The notes under the pieces were generated by a model. It was not told where the DNA came from and did not search any database. It saw nothing but the letters and a program-made list of their open reading frames with translations. DNA of 64,000 bases, from assembly GCA_040830765.1 (NCBI GenBank), contig JBFOMH010000002.1:55465-119464 (forward strand), read 5' to 3'. Below, one piece after another: positions 22,801 through 30,642 of the stretch (position 1 is the first letter of the stretch; each line of letters begins with the position of its first letter). The position numbers and the translations under genes are program-made. This DNA comes from Puniceicoccaceae bacterium. Its GTDB lineage: Bacteria; Verrucomicrobiota; Verrucomicrobiia; Opitutales; Oceanipulchritudinaceae.

Positions 22801-23938
22801 GATCGATTTCCTCCGTGTTGCTGAAGTCCAGAACCGTCAGGCCGAGTTCTTCCATAGCATCAGTCAGGGCCTCTTCCGATTCCTCGTTGATTTCGAGGGT
22901 CTTACTTTCCGCCTCGGCATTGTCGAGGGCGAGAAGGAGGCGCGCCAGGTTGATGACAGTCGGATCCGTGATTTCCTGCCCCGGGAAGAGATCCAAGGGA
23001 GATATCCGCTGGTTGGCCACGGCAGAGCCGATGTAGACATCCCCAATCCAGATATCGACGGTTTCGCCGGGGAAGAAGGAGAATCCTCCCTCGGAATCCC
23101 CACCGGGTCCATGGGTCGCGGTGATATAAATCAGACCCCGGACCGGGCCGTCAAACTGCCCGTGCGAGGGATGCTGCAGCTCATAAGTCTGGGCCAGCAT
23201 GTTGTCGCTCCAGCCCGTCATTTGTCCCCCGAAGGAAACGTATTGATTATGAGCGCAGGCGTTGAAGGTCACCGGGACGATGTCCGTGGTCTTCAATTCG
23301 GCATGGACGGCCACCGTTGCCAGACGCTGGTCCAGCCACGGAACACCCCATGGACCCCATTGCAGGCCCTCGATGTCGTCCAATGGTACCACCAGGGACC
23401 ATTGCTCCTGGGGTTCCTTCTTGAACTTCACCTTATAGGGCCACTCCCCATAGTCGGGATCCACGCACAGGGCGAGGTACTCTTCCATCAAGGCGTCATA
23501 CTCGCTTTCCAGACTGCTGATCGTCCCCTTAAGGATATCGGCTTGCTGGCTGATAGAGAGGTAGTCCGCCGATTCCGGAAGAAGCGTTGTCAACGATGTG
23601 TTGAGCGCAGTCAGCTGGGCATTCAGCCCGGCCAGCTCGGCTTCCATTTCCTTCAATGTTTCCTCATACCAGGGCGGGACCGGTTCGGGTGCCGGCTCGG
23701 TACTGAGGTAGACATTCACCTTGCTCAAGAGACAGCGGTCGGTGAACGGCTTGACGACGACATACATGTTATTGCGGTCGTTGTAGATTTCCACGGTGCC
23801 GACCCGTTCCATCGTGTGGTAGTCAACCAACTCGGCGTCCAGCATACCGACGGTGCCGTGCACGGTGACATAGTCGGCCTGGGCGGCCGGCAAAATCATC
23901 AGACACAACAGTGTGGCAGCTAATCGTGTAGTTTTCAT
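19802..23938 (-). CDS. Large secreted protein, choice-of-anchor O-like C-terminal region
   Basis: Signal peptide. Motifs SMDDGATWK, WQEDPGGL, GWSGA..TDIWYS, AHRGFIRGD, TPNW and YVRRSFDGG match the choice-of-anchor O family as I recall it. Asp-box-like repeats. Confidence 0.65.
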   Translation of the reverse strand: MKTTRLAATLLCLMILPAAQADYVTVHGTVGMLDAELVDYHTMERVGTVEIYNDRNNMYVVVKPFTDRCLLSKVNVYLSTEPAPEPVPPWYEETLKEMEAELAGLNAQLTALNTSLTTLLPESADYLSISQQADILKGTISSLESEYDALMEEYLALCVDPDYGEWPYKVKFKKEPQEQWSLVVPLDDIEGLQWGPWGVPWLDQRLATVAVHAELKTTDIVPVTFNACAHNQYVSFGGQMTGWSDNMLAQTYELQHPSHGQFDGPVRGLIYITATHGPGGDSEGGFSFFPGETVDIWIGDVYIGSAVANQRISPLDLFPGQEITDPTVINLARLLLALDNAEAESKTLEINEESEEALTDAMEELGLTVLDFSNTEEIDQLLAILGDVLPEDALAWLQDAIGSRLMRRNISKSPEYAVDKPKLDIMPVYVPARTAAGDSTFVDYKDAEGNVISTHTKVKPLIVTYTEEQEPNPSAGISRRGADIITAVSMDDGATWKRFNVSHMARKSSFMLKSGERFPGDSRGPRQKIVDDKVMVIWTSAFAHGGKPSFAIKGDDDYPYDDAYVVNDVWGVRGRQGSVDYDKDKDVGDQGFGEIPYYALWACRGVLVWEGNAVDYPEKEIGDMVWFKPERLTSGRRDAFFAMLHGARNVGFAVAWQEDPGGLLPGSCKGGGHGWSGATVHKKTDIWYSYIKIDDFDKIDVNWDPDANHSGDEHSEESPDDHGQQPEISNRPKWLVPMSLPVRVSDNAVVNTENLKVELDPETGLPVIDPVTGTFIPLMGALEEDFEATEHEHEGGCDDTVVDVAEADSAEDEHDHDHSDHGGRGGGWGMARYAYELPELGIVDLSPDRDENIWDEEVLGDYQPASGLRWTQFINKPGVLKTVAVTADGRELDGNTGACRPSLQVQSGGWVILGYEETKGLGIPPEGEHGEDTDTERPEPDDKGKNIIYHSFKFDQPDRISAGHILNLPALDNNGDLIPIFFKDADGVSTGITRQYKTETARRIRFISQPKSKMGASRTVLLAAYRQGREGNGKPSDVFVVRGVVPPGDTGNPYKFDNLQRYDTGAEATDETVMKGHRRHMNMSAATVESMDPIERAGDGEGNSWNKVGKWKQYHGNMTDESFANPFSSAKAHRGFIRGDTVVFGFSFTPNWGRLGGDHMDFYVRRSFDGGQSYTTDPNGPEEVIHEVIERDPETGDWGKKQYRYGRGDFEPARNVSLLKGNKYTVTDPRLVPPMKGGSTVNKTYPEDDTQVDGLYYVAFGTAEVLHGIGEPMGGETTEKEDIFYTRTTDGGSTWLMVPWDINPDSSSPDAGETVYRWPWLAQGGPHQGHAQIRMHPSGNRLYAIWHQYTHGDEWPISPHDVGNDIWFRRIDFMDTEE

Positions 23939-23985
23939 TTCAATACTCCTAACTTAAATTTGTGCTCATTGCTGCGGAGACGGCC

Positions 23986-25491
23986 TCAGTCGTGTGTGAA
24001 CTCGAGGTCGTTATAGGGATAGTTCGTCACCAGCCAGGCTTCCTCCCCGCGTTCCGGGTTGGTCCCGTAACCAACGATGCGATCGCCGGCAGCGGATACG
24101 CCGGTGGCTTCCTTGAGGACCCAGGAGGACCCCATCAGGGATGCCTCTCCGGCACCGGTCTTGATGAGAATCTTCTCAAGATCGTACATGTAGCCGATGT
24201 ACTCGTTTTCCCCACCATCCGGCAGGGTGTAGGGTCCATCGGGTTCCAGTACGGCATTGCCGGTCCAGACGAAGGCCTCCGAGGGGTAGCGGATGGTCTG
24301 GCTTGCACCGACAACCATGAGGTCGCCGGCTGTTGAACCAGGCCGGTAGCAGATACTGCTGGCAACGCTATCGTACTTCTTCTTGGAGAGTCCGCCGATT
24401 CCCCTGACCACATAGACTTCGGTTTCCGCGGTTTCAGGATCATCTCCCATGAACCAGATACAGGCTTGCGGGCCCTTGGGGCTGTCACTGCGACCGGCAA
24501 TGACGAAACCCAGGATGTCGTCAGTCTCGGTCAAGGCATAGGCTTCACACCACTGGCCGCCAGCGAGTGCCGGCAGGAGATAGCTTTCCAGAAGGGCTTC
24601 CCCGGTGGTCTCATCCACGCCCAGGAAGGTCGTGACAAAGGCCTTGTTACCGGTCTTGGTAGCCCCATATCCGGCAATCGTCAGGCCGTCGGCGGAAACC
24701 GCTTCGGCCGAGCTTGATTGCAGGGTTTGCCCGCTATCGTCGGTTGAGAAGTCCGTAATGGTCAGCTGTACCGGAATAGGCACGAGGTCTTCATCGACAA
24801 CCAGTGTATCTGCGCGGAAGGCCACAGGGCCGGTCATGGTATTTCCGGTACCGACGATGATTTGGCCATCAAACGAGACATCTGTGGCCACCATTTCGGA
24901 AATGCCGCCTCCGTAATCGGAAATAGCATAGAAATCCGTCCCGGGGACGAATTCCTCTCCGACACGATCCAGTACTGGGAGCAACCACTGAATGGCATAG
25001 GACACTTGCCCGACGCTGTAGGTGCCCACTGGGAAGGATCCTCCCCAGTCAAGGACGAGGTTCACCTTGTCGTAAGTGGGGACATAGGTCATATCCGAGG
25101 CCGCAAAGGCGGCACTGGGCTGGGATGGCTGGACAAGGCCGACATCCTCCTGAACTTGGAGCTCGTTGTAGAGCGGTGGAATTCCATCATCGGTGGCGAT
25201 GGCCCAATCAATGTCGAGTCGCCAGGCACGGTAGAAGTCCACCACCTGGGTTGTGCCAACGGCGGTTTTCCCGTCGCGGGAAATACCCAAGGCAATGCTT
25301 GAGGTATGCGGGCCATCCATGTGCCCGAGCCGCCAGAAATAATACCCTTCAATGGGTGTTGGCGGCGGATCTTCCTCGTCTCCCGGTTTATCCGGCTTGC
25401 CGGGGATGCCCCCTTTGGCTCCAAATGCTGCGGAACCTGCTGCCAGGACACTGAAGACGAGAATGATTATCGTGAATAATCTTAGCTTCAT
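23986..25491 (-). CDS. Secreted beta-rich protein with HAF-type extracellular repeats
   Basis: Signal peptide; repeated 'A.GIS.DG..vvG' units (ALGISRDGKTAVG, ATDVSFDGQIIVG, AEAVSADGLTIAGYG, ATGVSAAGDRIVGYG). Confidence 0.7.
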   Translation of the reverse strand: MKLRLFTIIILVFSVLAAGSAAFGAKGGIPGKPDKPGDEEDPPPTPIEGYYFWRLGHMDGPHTSSIALGISRDGKTAVGTTQVVDFYRAWRLDIDWAIATDDGIPPLYNELQVQEDVGLVQPSQPSAAFAASDMTYVPTYDKVNLVLDWGGSFPVGTYSVGQVSYAIQWLLPVLDRVGEEFVPGTDFYAISDYGGGISEMVATDVSFDGQIIVGTGNTMTGPVAFRADTLVVDEDLVPIPVQLTITDFSTDDSGQTLQSSSAEAVSADGLTIAGYGATKTGNKAFVTTFLGVDETTGEALLESYLLPALAGGQWCEAYALTETDDILGFVIAGRSDSPKGPQACIWFMGDDPETAETEVYVVRGIGGLSKKKYDSVASSICYRPGSTAGDLMVVGASQTIRYPSEAFVWTGNAVLEPDGPYTLPDGGENEYIGYMYDLEKILIKTGAGEASLMGSSWVLKEATGVSAAGDRIVGYGTNPERGEEAWLVTNYPYNDLEFTHD

Positions 25492-25677
25492 TGTATACAG
25501 TCCTTTCGTGAAGTGTTTGCTTCATAAAAGGCGTGCGCCAATGAGGCTGAAAAGGGGACAGCGGATGCTGATTCCGCCACCAAGGACGACCATCCGAAAA
25601 CAGGCATGGAGAGCGCTTCAGCTGGCTGTTCCCGGTTCCAGTCTTGATTTGCCGGCAATAATTGCCACCATGACCGC

Positions 25678-26010
25678 ATGACAACACCGACCAACGACAA
25701 GCTCTGGAATGTTCTCTGCCACCTCTCCGTCTGGCTCGGGGTAGGCATAATCCTCCCCCTGATCGTCTATCTGGTGACGAAGGACGATCCGGAATCATCC
25801 ATCCCGGCCCATGCCAAGGAGAGCCTGAACTTCCACATCTCGATGTACATCTACGGGTTCATCAGCCTGCTGCTTTTCGTGGTTGTCATCGGCATGATTC
25901 TGCTCCCGCTGATCGCGCTGGCCACGGCCGTCCTCTCGGTCGTCGGGGCCGTCAAGGCCTCCAATGGCGAGGTCTACCAGTATCCGGCAACGATCCGGCT
26001 GGTGAAGTGA
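25678..26010 (+). CDS. DUF4870 family small membrane protein
   Basis: LCHLS, PLIVYL, HAKESLNFHIS and GEVYQYP..IRLVK pattern. Confidence 0.85.
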   Translation: MTTPTNDKLWNVLCHLSVWLGVGIILPLIVYLVTKDDPESSIPAHAKESLNFHISMYIYGFISLLLFVVVIGMILLPLIALATAVLSVVGAVKASNGEVYQYPATIRLVK

Positions 26011-26035
26011 CCGTCGGTGACCCGGGACAGGTTCC

Positions 26036-27181
26036 CTACTGCTGGATATAGACCCAAGCGCCACTCTGGGAGACGTTCTCCCCGGGAACAAACAGCCATT
26101 GGCTGAGGCTGAAGGACCAGACGTAGGGATCGGAATCGACCCACAGCCAGCCCATCCAGGATCCCGTATCGACGTAACCGCCGTCAACCGGCCAAAGGCC
26201 CCAGGTGGTTCCGGAAGCCCCGATGGGCTGCAGGCTGGTCACGCGGAATCCCAGCTGCATGAGCTCGGAACCGGGGGTAGTTGTCCGGACATTGCCCTCC
26301 GAGCTGATGAAGACCGGATTATCCAGGAAGGAACCGCCTGAACCAATGACCCGCTGGTTGGAGTCCTGATAAATGGTATCATTGAATTCGGTCACGTTGC
26401 CCGCCATGTCGTAGGCCCCGACAAAGGTGGTGGCAGCAGTGTAGGCCCCGACATCGGTAGGAAAGCCGGCGATGTCGGTCGGACCACCCGAGACCGCAAA
26501 GTTCAGGTTGGCACTGTTTGGATTGTCGCTGTTGGGCTCGACAAATGCCGGTTCAAGGTCACTGCGGGTCGGATAGAGCCACCAGTCGTCCGCCGGTCCG
26601 TTGGAGCTGGCATCGTAGTAGGCCGCCTTGTACCATTCATTCTGGCTGGCCACGGCAACGCCGCCCGCGGCCCAGGCATCTGGGTTGCGGGTGACCGTGT
26701 TCGAATTGAGCGCCTGGGGATCCGTCAGGTCGTACATGCCGGTATTGGGATCGCTGTTACCCTGGCCATTGGTCAGCCAGTTGCAGAAGGCCATGGCTTT
26801 CCAGAGGGAGAGGTAGTTGACCGGCTTGTTGGCCATCCCCTCCTTCAATTCATAGGTGTAACTCCCCTTGGAACCGGAGCGGAGAATCCCGCCCCGCGGC
26901 TTGGCCCCCATATTGAAGCCATAAAGCCACTCGTTTTCACCGGCCGAGGCAACGGCGTTGAGAAAGGTCGCATACTGGGCATTGGTAACCTCGTAGGTCC
27001 CGATGTAATAATCGTAGGACACGGTCCCGCGCCGCAACTCCGGAAAGTCCCCGTCTTCCGGATTGGGCGGGTTGTTGGCCCCGCCGACAAGGACCGTCTC
27101 GACTACCAGGTTGGCGAACAGGAAGAGCGGGGAGAGAAGGAAAAGGCTAAGGATCAAAGTGCGATACTGGAGACGTTTCAT
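26036..27181 (-). CDS. Secreted FGE-sulfatase (SUMF1/EgtB/PvdO-like) domain protein with Trp-rich C-terminal tail
   Basis: IGTYEVTNAQYATFLN, NEWYKAAYY, YDMAGNVTE and LGFRV motifs; signal peptide. Confidence 0.85.
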   Translation of the reverse strand: MKRLQYRTLILSLFLLSPLFLFANLVVETVLVGGANNPPNPEDGDFPELRRGTVSYDYYIGTYEVTNAQYATFLNAVASAGENEWLYGFNMGAKPRGGILRSGSKGSYTYELKEGMANKPVNYLSLWKAMAFCNWLTNGQGNSDPNTGMYDLTDPQALNSNTVTRNPDAWAAGGVAVASQNEWYKAAYYDASSNGPADDWWLYPTRSDLEPAFVEPNSDNPNSANLNFAVSGGPTDIAGFPTDVGAYTAATTFVGAYDMAGNVTEFNDTIYQDSNQRVIGSGGSFLDNPVFISSEGNVRTTTPGSELMQLGFRVTSLQPIGASGTTWGLWPVDGGYVDTGSWMGWLWVDSDPYVWSFSLSQWLFVPGENVSQSGAWVYIQQ

Positions 27182-27416
27182 GGCGATACAGGTTGGATTA
27201 TGACATTAGGAAAATTAATAGACTCTATAAGTGTTTGCCTAAAAACCTTATGTGCCGAGCCCCTTCCGGGGTCAAGGGATTTGCCGAGGGAGAAACCGTT
27301 TGGAAAGACATCTCCAGCTATACCCACTGGAGACTGGTGTCTGCCAACCTCCTTTTGATGCTGTATGGAAGGTATCCTCGCTAAGAGGCCTCAGTATTCA
27401 ATCCGTCTCGCGGAAG

Positions 27417-28445
27417 TCACTTCCCGGAACCGGCCCTTTTCGCATTCAAGCGACGTCGGATAACAAGAATGGTGCCTAGGACAGGAAGTGCCAGCAGCCC
27501 AACTGTTGCGGGCTCCGGGACAGGATTGAATAACAGGGTGTCCAGTTCGTAGATGTTCTCCAGGTAATTATCGGGATCATATGGAGAGCCTGCTTGAGCA
27601 AGACTATACTCACGGTTCCACCAGTAATTCCCCGGATCAGTTAAACCTTCAGTGGCTTCGAAAATGATGGGGGAGCTGGAGTTCCAGATCAATGAGTCTA
27701 TCGTTTCACCAAGAATCTGGTAAGCAAAAGCAAATTCCACTGTATTGGCGTTGTTAGGATCGACCCGGGACCAGAGAATGGGGTCATCAACTGAGCCTCC
27801 GGCATCAGAATTTTTCAAGGTTCCGTCGACTGCGATTTCATTGTCGTAGCCATTGCCGCTGGGTTCAGTAGGGCTGTCTTCGACCAATTCCGGCGATCCC
27901 AGCAAGCGATCGTCATTGGAATCATAAAACACCTTGTTAGTGCCGTCCTGACTTTTCAAATTCCAGTCGGTGTCCTTGGGATCCGTTGTCGTGTTCAGTT
28001 CGTCGACGCTGATGTCCTCCGCACTGAGTAAATATTGGCCAATCCGAATCCGGTATTGCTTATTCAGGCCTGTTTCGACGAGCTCTCCACCATCGTTTGG
28101 TTCTTCATATCGAGAGAACAGCTCAATCCGCCCGTAAATAAAGTTGTCATCATAGCCGAGCGAAGCTTCCACAATGTCCAGGCTTCCGAAATAATCCGAA
28201 CCTTGGGACCCGTTGTAGAATGTCGTTTGCAATGGACGCTCATAGAGCTCCATTTCATAGACATCGGCACCATCACCAACTTCCCAGCTCCGTTCGCCTG
28301 TCGTGGGATCCGTGGTTTTGGTCAAGCCTGTGACAAAGTCCTGTTGGGTTCCCAGATTATATATCGGGTTGGTGGGTGTATATTGACCCATCAGGCAGAC
28401 AGGAAGAAAACTGATGCAGAACCACAAAGAGAGAGTATTTTTCAT
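27417..28445 (-). CDS. PEP-CTERM sorting-domain protein
   Basis: Signal peptide; C-terminal VPEPATVGLLALPVLGTILVIRRR; acidic body; visibly AT-richer than its neighbours. Confidence 0.88.
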   Translation of the reverse strand: MKNTLSLWFCISFLPVCLMGQYTPTNPIYNLGTQQDFVTGLTKTTDPTTGERSWEVGDGADVYEMELYERPLQTTFYNGSQGSDYFGSLDIVEASLGYDDNFIYGRIELFSRYEEPNDGGELVETGLNKQYRIRIGQYLLSAEDISVDELNTTTDPKDTDWNLKSQDGTNKVFYDSNDDRLLGSPELVEDSPTEPSGNGYDNEIAVDGTLKNSDAGGSVDDPILWSRVDPNNANTVEFAFAYQILGETIDSLIWNSSSPIIFEATEGLTDPGNYWWNREYSLAQAGSPYDPDNYLENIYELDTLLFNPVPEPATVGLLALPVLGTILVIRRRLNAKRAGSGK

Positions 28446-28607
28446 TGGTAGGAAGAGAGAACCTTATAATGTAAGGAAAAATTCTTATTAAAGTAAATAA
28501 AAAATTTAAGAATAATGAGTATTTTACCTTAGACTATTGCAGGAGTAACCTAAATTGACTAAAGCAGCAGGTTGGCGGTAAACCCGAAGTCGAGCCATGC
28601 TGCCCCT

Positions 28608-30143
28608 ATGCTCTCCACCGTCCATTCCGGGGCCCTGATGGGGATTGAGGCCTGGCCGGTGACGGTGGAGGTCAATACCGGGGAATGTGGCGAGCCGAAT
28701 CCGGTCGTGGTGGGGATGGCCAGTACGGCGGTGAAGGAGAGCAAGGACCGGGTCTGGGCGGCGATTGCCAACAGCCGCTACACCCTGCCGCAGAAGCGGA
28801 CGGTAATCAACCTCGCCCCGGGGCATTTGCGGAAGGAAGGGGCGCTCTATGACCTGCCGATCGCTCTCGGGGTCTTGCAGGCAACGAGCCAGCTGAGCCC
28901 GCAGGGACTGGGAGATTACCTTGTCGCCGGTGAGCTAAGCTTGTCCGGGGAAGTCCGACCGGTCCGCGGTGGTCTTGCCCTGGCCGTCTGTGCCCACGCG
29001 GAAGGAAAGAAGGGATTACTCCTGCCCCCGAAGACAGCCGAGGAGGCAGCCCTGATGGGAGATGTGGATGTCTATGCCATTTCCTCGATGGATGCAGCCT
29101 GCGCCTTTCTCGAGGGACGCCATGTCCTCAAGCCGCTGAAGAAACGTTTCTCCACGGCTATCCCGTCGGCGGCTACTGACGGAACCGACTTCTCCGACGT
29201 GAAGGGTCAACAGGCCGTCCGGCGGGCGGTCGAGGTAGCAGCGGCGGGGGGGCATAATCTCTTGATGCTGGGTCCGCCAGGTTCTGGAAAGTCAATGATG
29301 GCCAAGCGGATTTCGACCATCCTGCCACCTTTGCGGGAAGCGGAATATCTGGACATCCTGCGCATTTACTCCGCCTCGGGCAAAACCCTGAACGGGGAGG
29401 CGGTGACGGCGCTGCGTCCCTTCCGCAGTCCCCACCACACGATCAGTGACGTCGGGCTGATTGGCGGGGGGACCATTCCCGGGCCGGGGGAAATCTCCCT
29501 TGCGCACCATGGGGTTCTCTTTCTTGACGAGTTGCCGGAGTTCAAGCGCGGTGCCCTGGAGGTGCTGCGCCAGCCGCTGGAGGATGGAGCGGTGACCATT
29601 TCCCGAAGCGCCGGCAAGGTGACGCTGCCCGCTTCCTTCATGCTGGTCAGCGCCATGAATCCCTGCCCCTGCGGCTACCTTGGCGATTCGCGGAACCGGT
29701 GCCAGTGCACGGCCCTGCAAATCCAGCGCTACCGTTCGCGGGTCAGCGGTCCCCTGCTCGACCGGATCGACATCCATGTCGAGGCACCGGCCCTCAGCAT
29801 CGAGGAGCTGCGGCAAAAGAATCCGGGCGAGTCCTCCCTGGCCATGCGTGAACGGGTCGCCGCCGCCATGGAGCGCCAGGCAAGCCGCTTCGCGGACAGC
29901 CCGCCGGGCATTCCCCGGGTCAACGCCCGGATGTCCCATGCCCGTATCCGGCAACATTGCCGGCTGGACGGAAACCTCGGCGACCTCCTGCAGCAGGCCA
30001 TGAAGCGCCTCCGCCTCAGCGCCCGGGCCTACGACCGCATCCTCAAGGTGTCCCGGACCATCGCCGATTTGGAAGGTAGCGATAAAATCGCGACATCCCA
30101 CCTGATGGAGGCCATCCACTACCGCAGCCTCGATCGGGAATAG
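28608..30143 (+). CDS. comM: YifB/ComM family Mg-chelatase-like AAA+ ATPase
   Basis: [19 protein letters not shown], Walker [46 protein letters not shown]. Confidence 0.92.
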   Translation: MLSTVHSGALMGIEAWPVTVEVNTGECGEPNPVVVGMASTAVKESKDRVWAAIANSRYTLPQKRTVINLAPGHLRKEGALYDLPIALGVLQATSQLSPQGLGDYLVAGELSLSGEVRPVRGGLALAVCAHAEGKKGLLLPPKTAEEAALMGDVDVYAISSMDAACAFLEGRHVLKPLKKRFSTAIPSAATDGTDFSDVKGQQAVRRAVEVAAAGGHNLLMLGPPGSGKSMMAKRISTILPPLREAEYLDILRIYSASGKTLNGEAVTALRPFRSPHHTISDVGLIGGGTIPGPGEISLAHHGVLFLDELPEFKRGALEVLRQPLEDGAVTISRSAGKVTLPASFMLVSAMNPCPCGYLGDSRNRCQCTALQIQRYRSRVSGPLLDRIDIHVEAPALSIEELRQKNPGESSLAMRERVAAAMERQASRFADSPPGIPRVNARMSHARIRQHCRLDGNLGDLLQQAMKRLRLSARAYDRILKVSRTIADLEGSDKIATSHLMEAIHYRSLDRE

Positions 30144-30147
30144 TCAA

Positions 30148-30183
30148 AATCTTAATCTTAGCCTTAATCTTGATCTTAATCTC
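30148..30183. repeat. Hexamer inverted-repeat element, copy 4, left arm
   Basis: AATCTT AATCTT AGCCTT AATCTT GATCTT AATCTC; 4 nt after the comM stop and 9 nt before the four-helix-bundle ATG. Confidence 0.95.
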
Positions 30184-30192
30184 CCCTACCAC

Positions 30193-30561
30193 ATGAAGGT
30201 CGAATTCAACCACGAGAAACTCAAGGTTTACAGGGACTCAATCCTGTTTGTGAACAAGTTGAACCAGATCCTGGATTCGCAAAAATCCAGAACCCCAATC
30301 AGGGATCAGATAGAAAGAGCGTCCATCTCGATTCCTTTAAATATCGCTGAAGGAAACGGCAAGTTCACGCCTAGAGACAAGTGCAGATTTTTTGATATTG
30401 CCCGTGGCTCGGCAATGGAATGCGCCGCTTGTCTGGACATTCTTGTCGTTAAAGAAGAGATAGCCCCGCACATGGCTAAAATGTTGAAGGGTATCCTCCA
30501 CGAAATCGTATGCATGCTGGTCGGCTTAATCCAATCAACGGATAAAAGGAGGAACTACTAA
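30193..30561 (+). CDS. Four helix bundle protein (23S rRNA IVS-protein / Avd-like family)
   Basis: F.HEKL.VY, DQIERASISIPLNIAEGNG, RFFDIARGSAMECAACLD family signature; AT-richer codons than the flanking genes. Confidence 0.92.
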   Translation: MKVEFNHEKLKVYRDSILFVNKLNQILDSQKSRTPIRDQIERASISIPLNIAEGNGKFTPRDKCRFFDIARGSAMECAACLDILVVKEEIAPHMAKMLKGILHEIVCMLVGLIQSTDKRRNY

Positions 30562-30590
30562 GTGGAAACTTTTGGAGTTAACCAAAAATC

Positions 30591-30638
30591 ACGATTACGG
30601 CTTAGATTAAGATCAAGATTAAGGCTAAGATTAAGATC
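30591..30638. repeat. Hexamer inverted-repeat element, copy 4, right arm
   Basis: ACGATT ACGGCT TAGATT AAGATC AAGATT AAGGCT AAGATT AAGATC; 30604-30637 is the exact reverse complement of 30149-30182. Confidence 0.95.
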
Positions 30639-30642
30639 TAAT

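Noticed and set aside
25477..25487. AATCTTAGC inside the start of the HAF-repeat gene as another hexamer element
   Set aside because: Under two units, inside coding sequence and with no partner arm; likely chance.
26036..27181. FGE-domain protein as the missing OvoA/EgtB sulfoxide synthase, or as a DGR target for the Avd-like gene
   Set aside because: It is secreted and lacks the DinB-like His motif of EgtB/OvoA. No reverse transcriptase or template-repeat copy of its 3' end was seen in the window.
28608..30143. comM interrupted by an integrated element
   Set aside because: The ORF is intact from the N-terminal domain to the C-terminal motif; the cassette lies after its stop.
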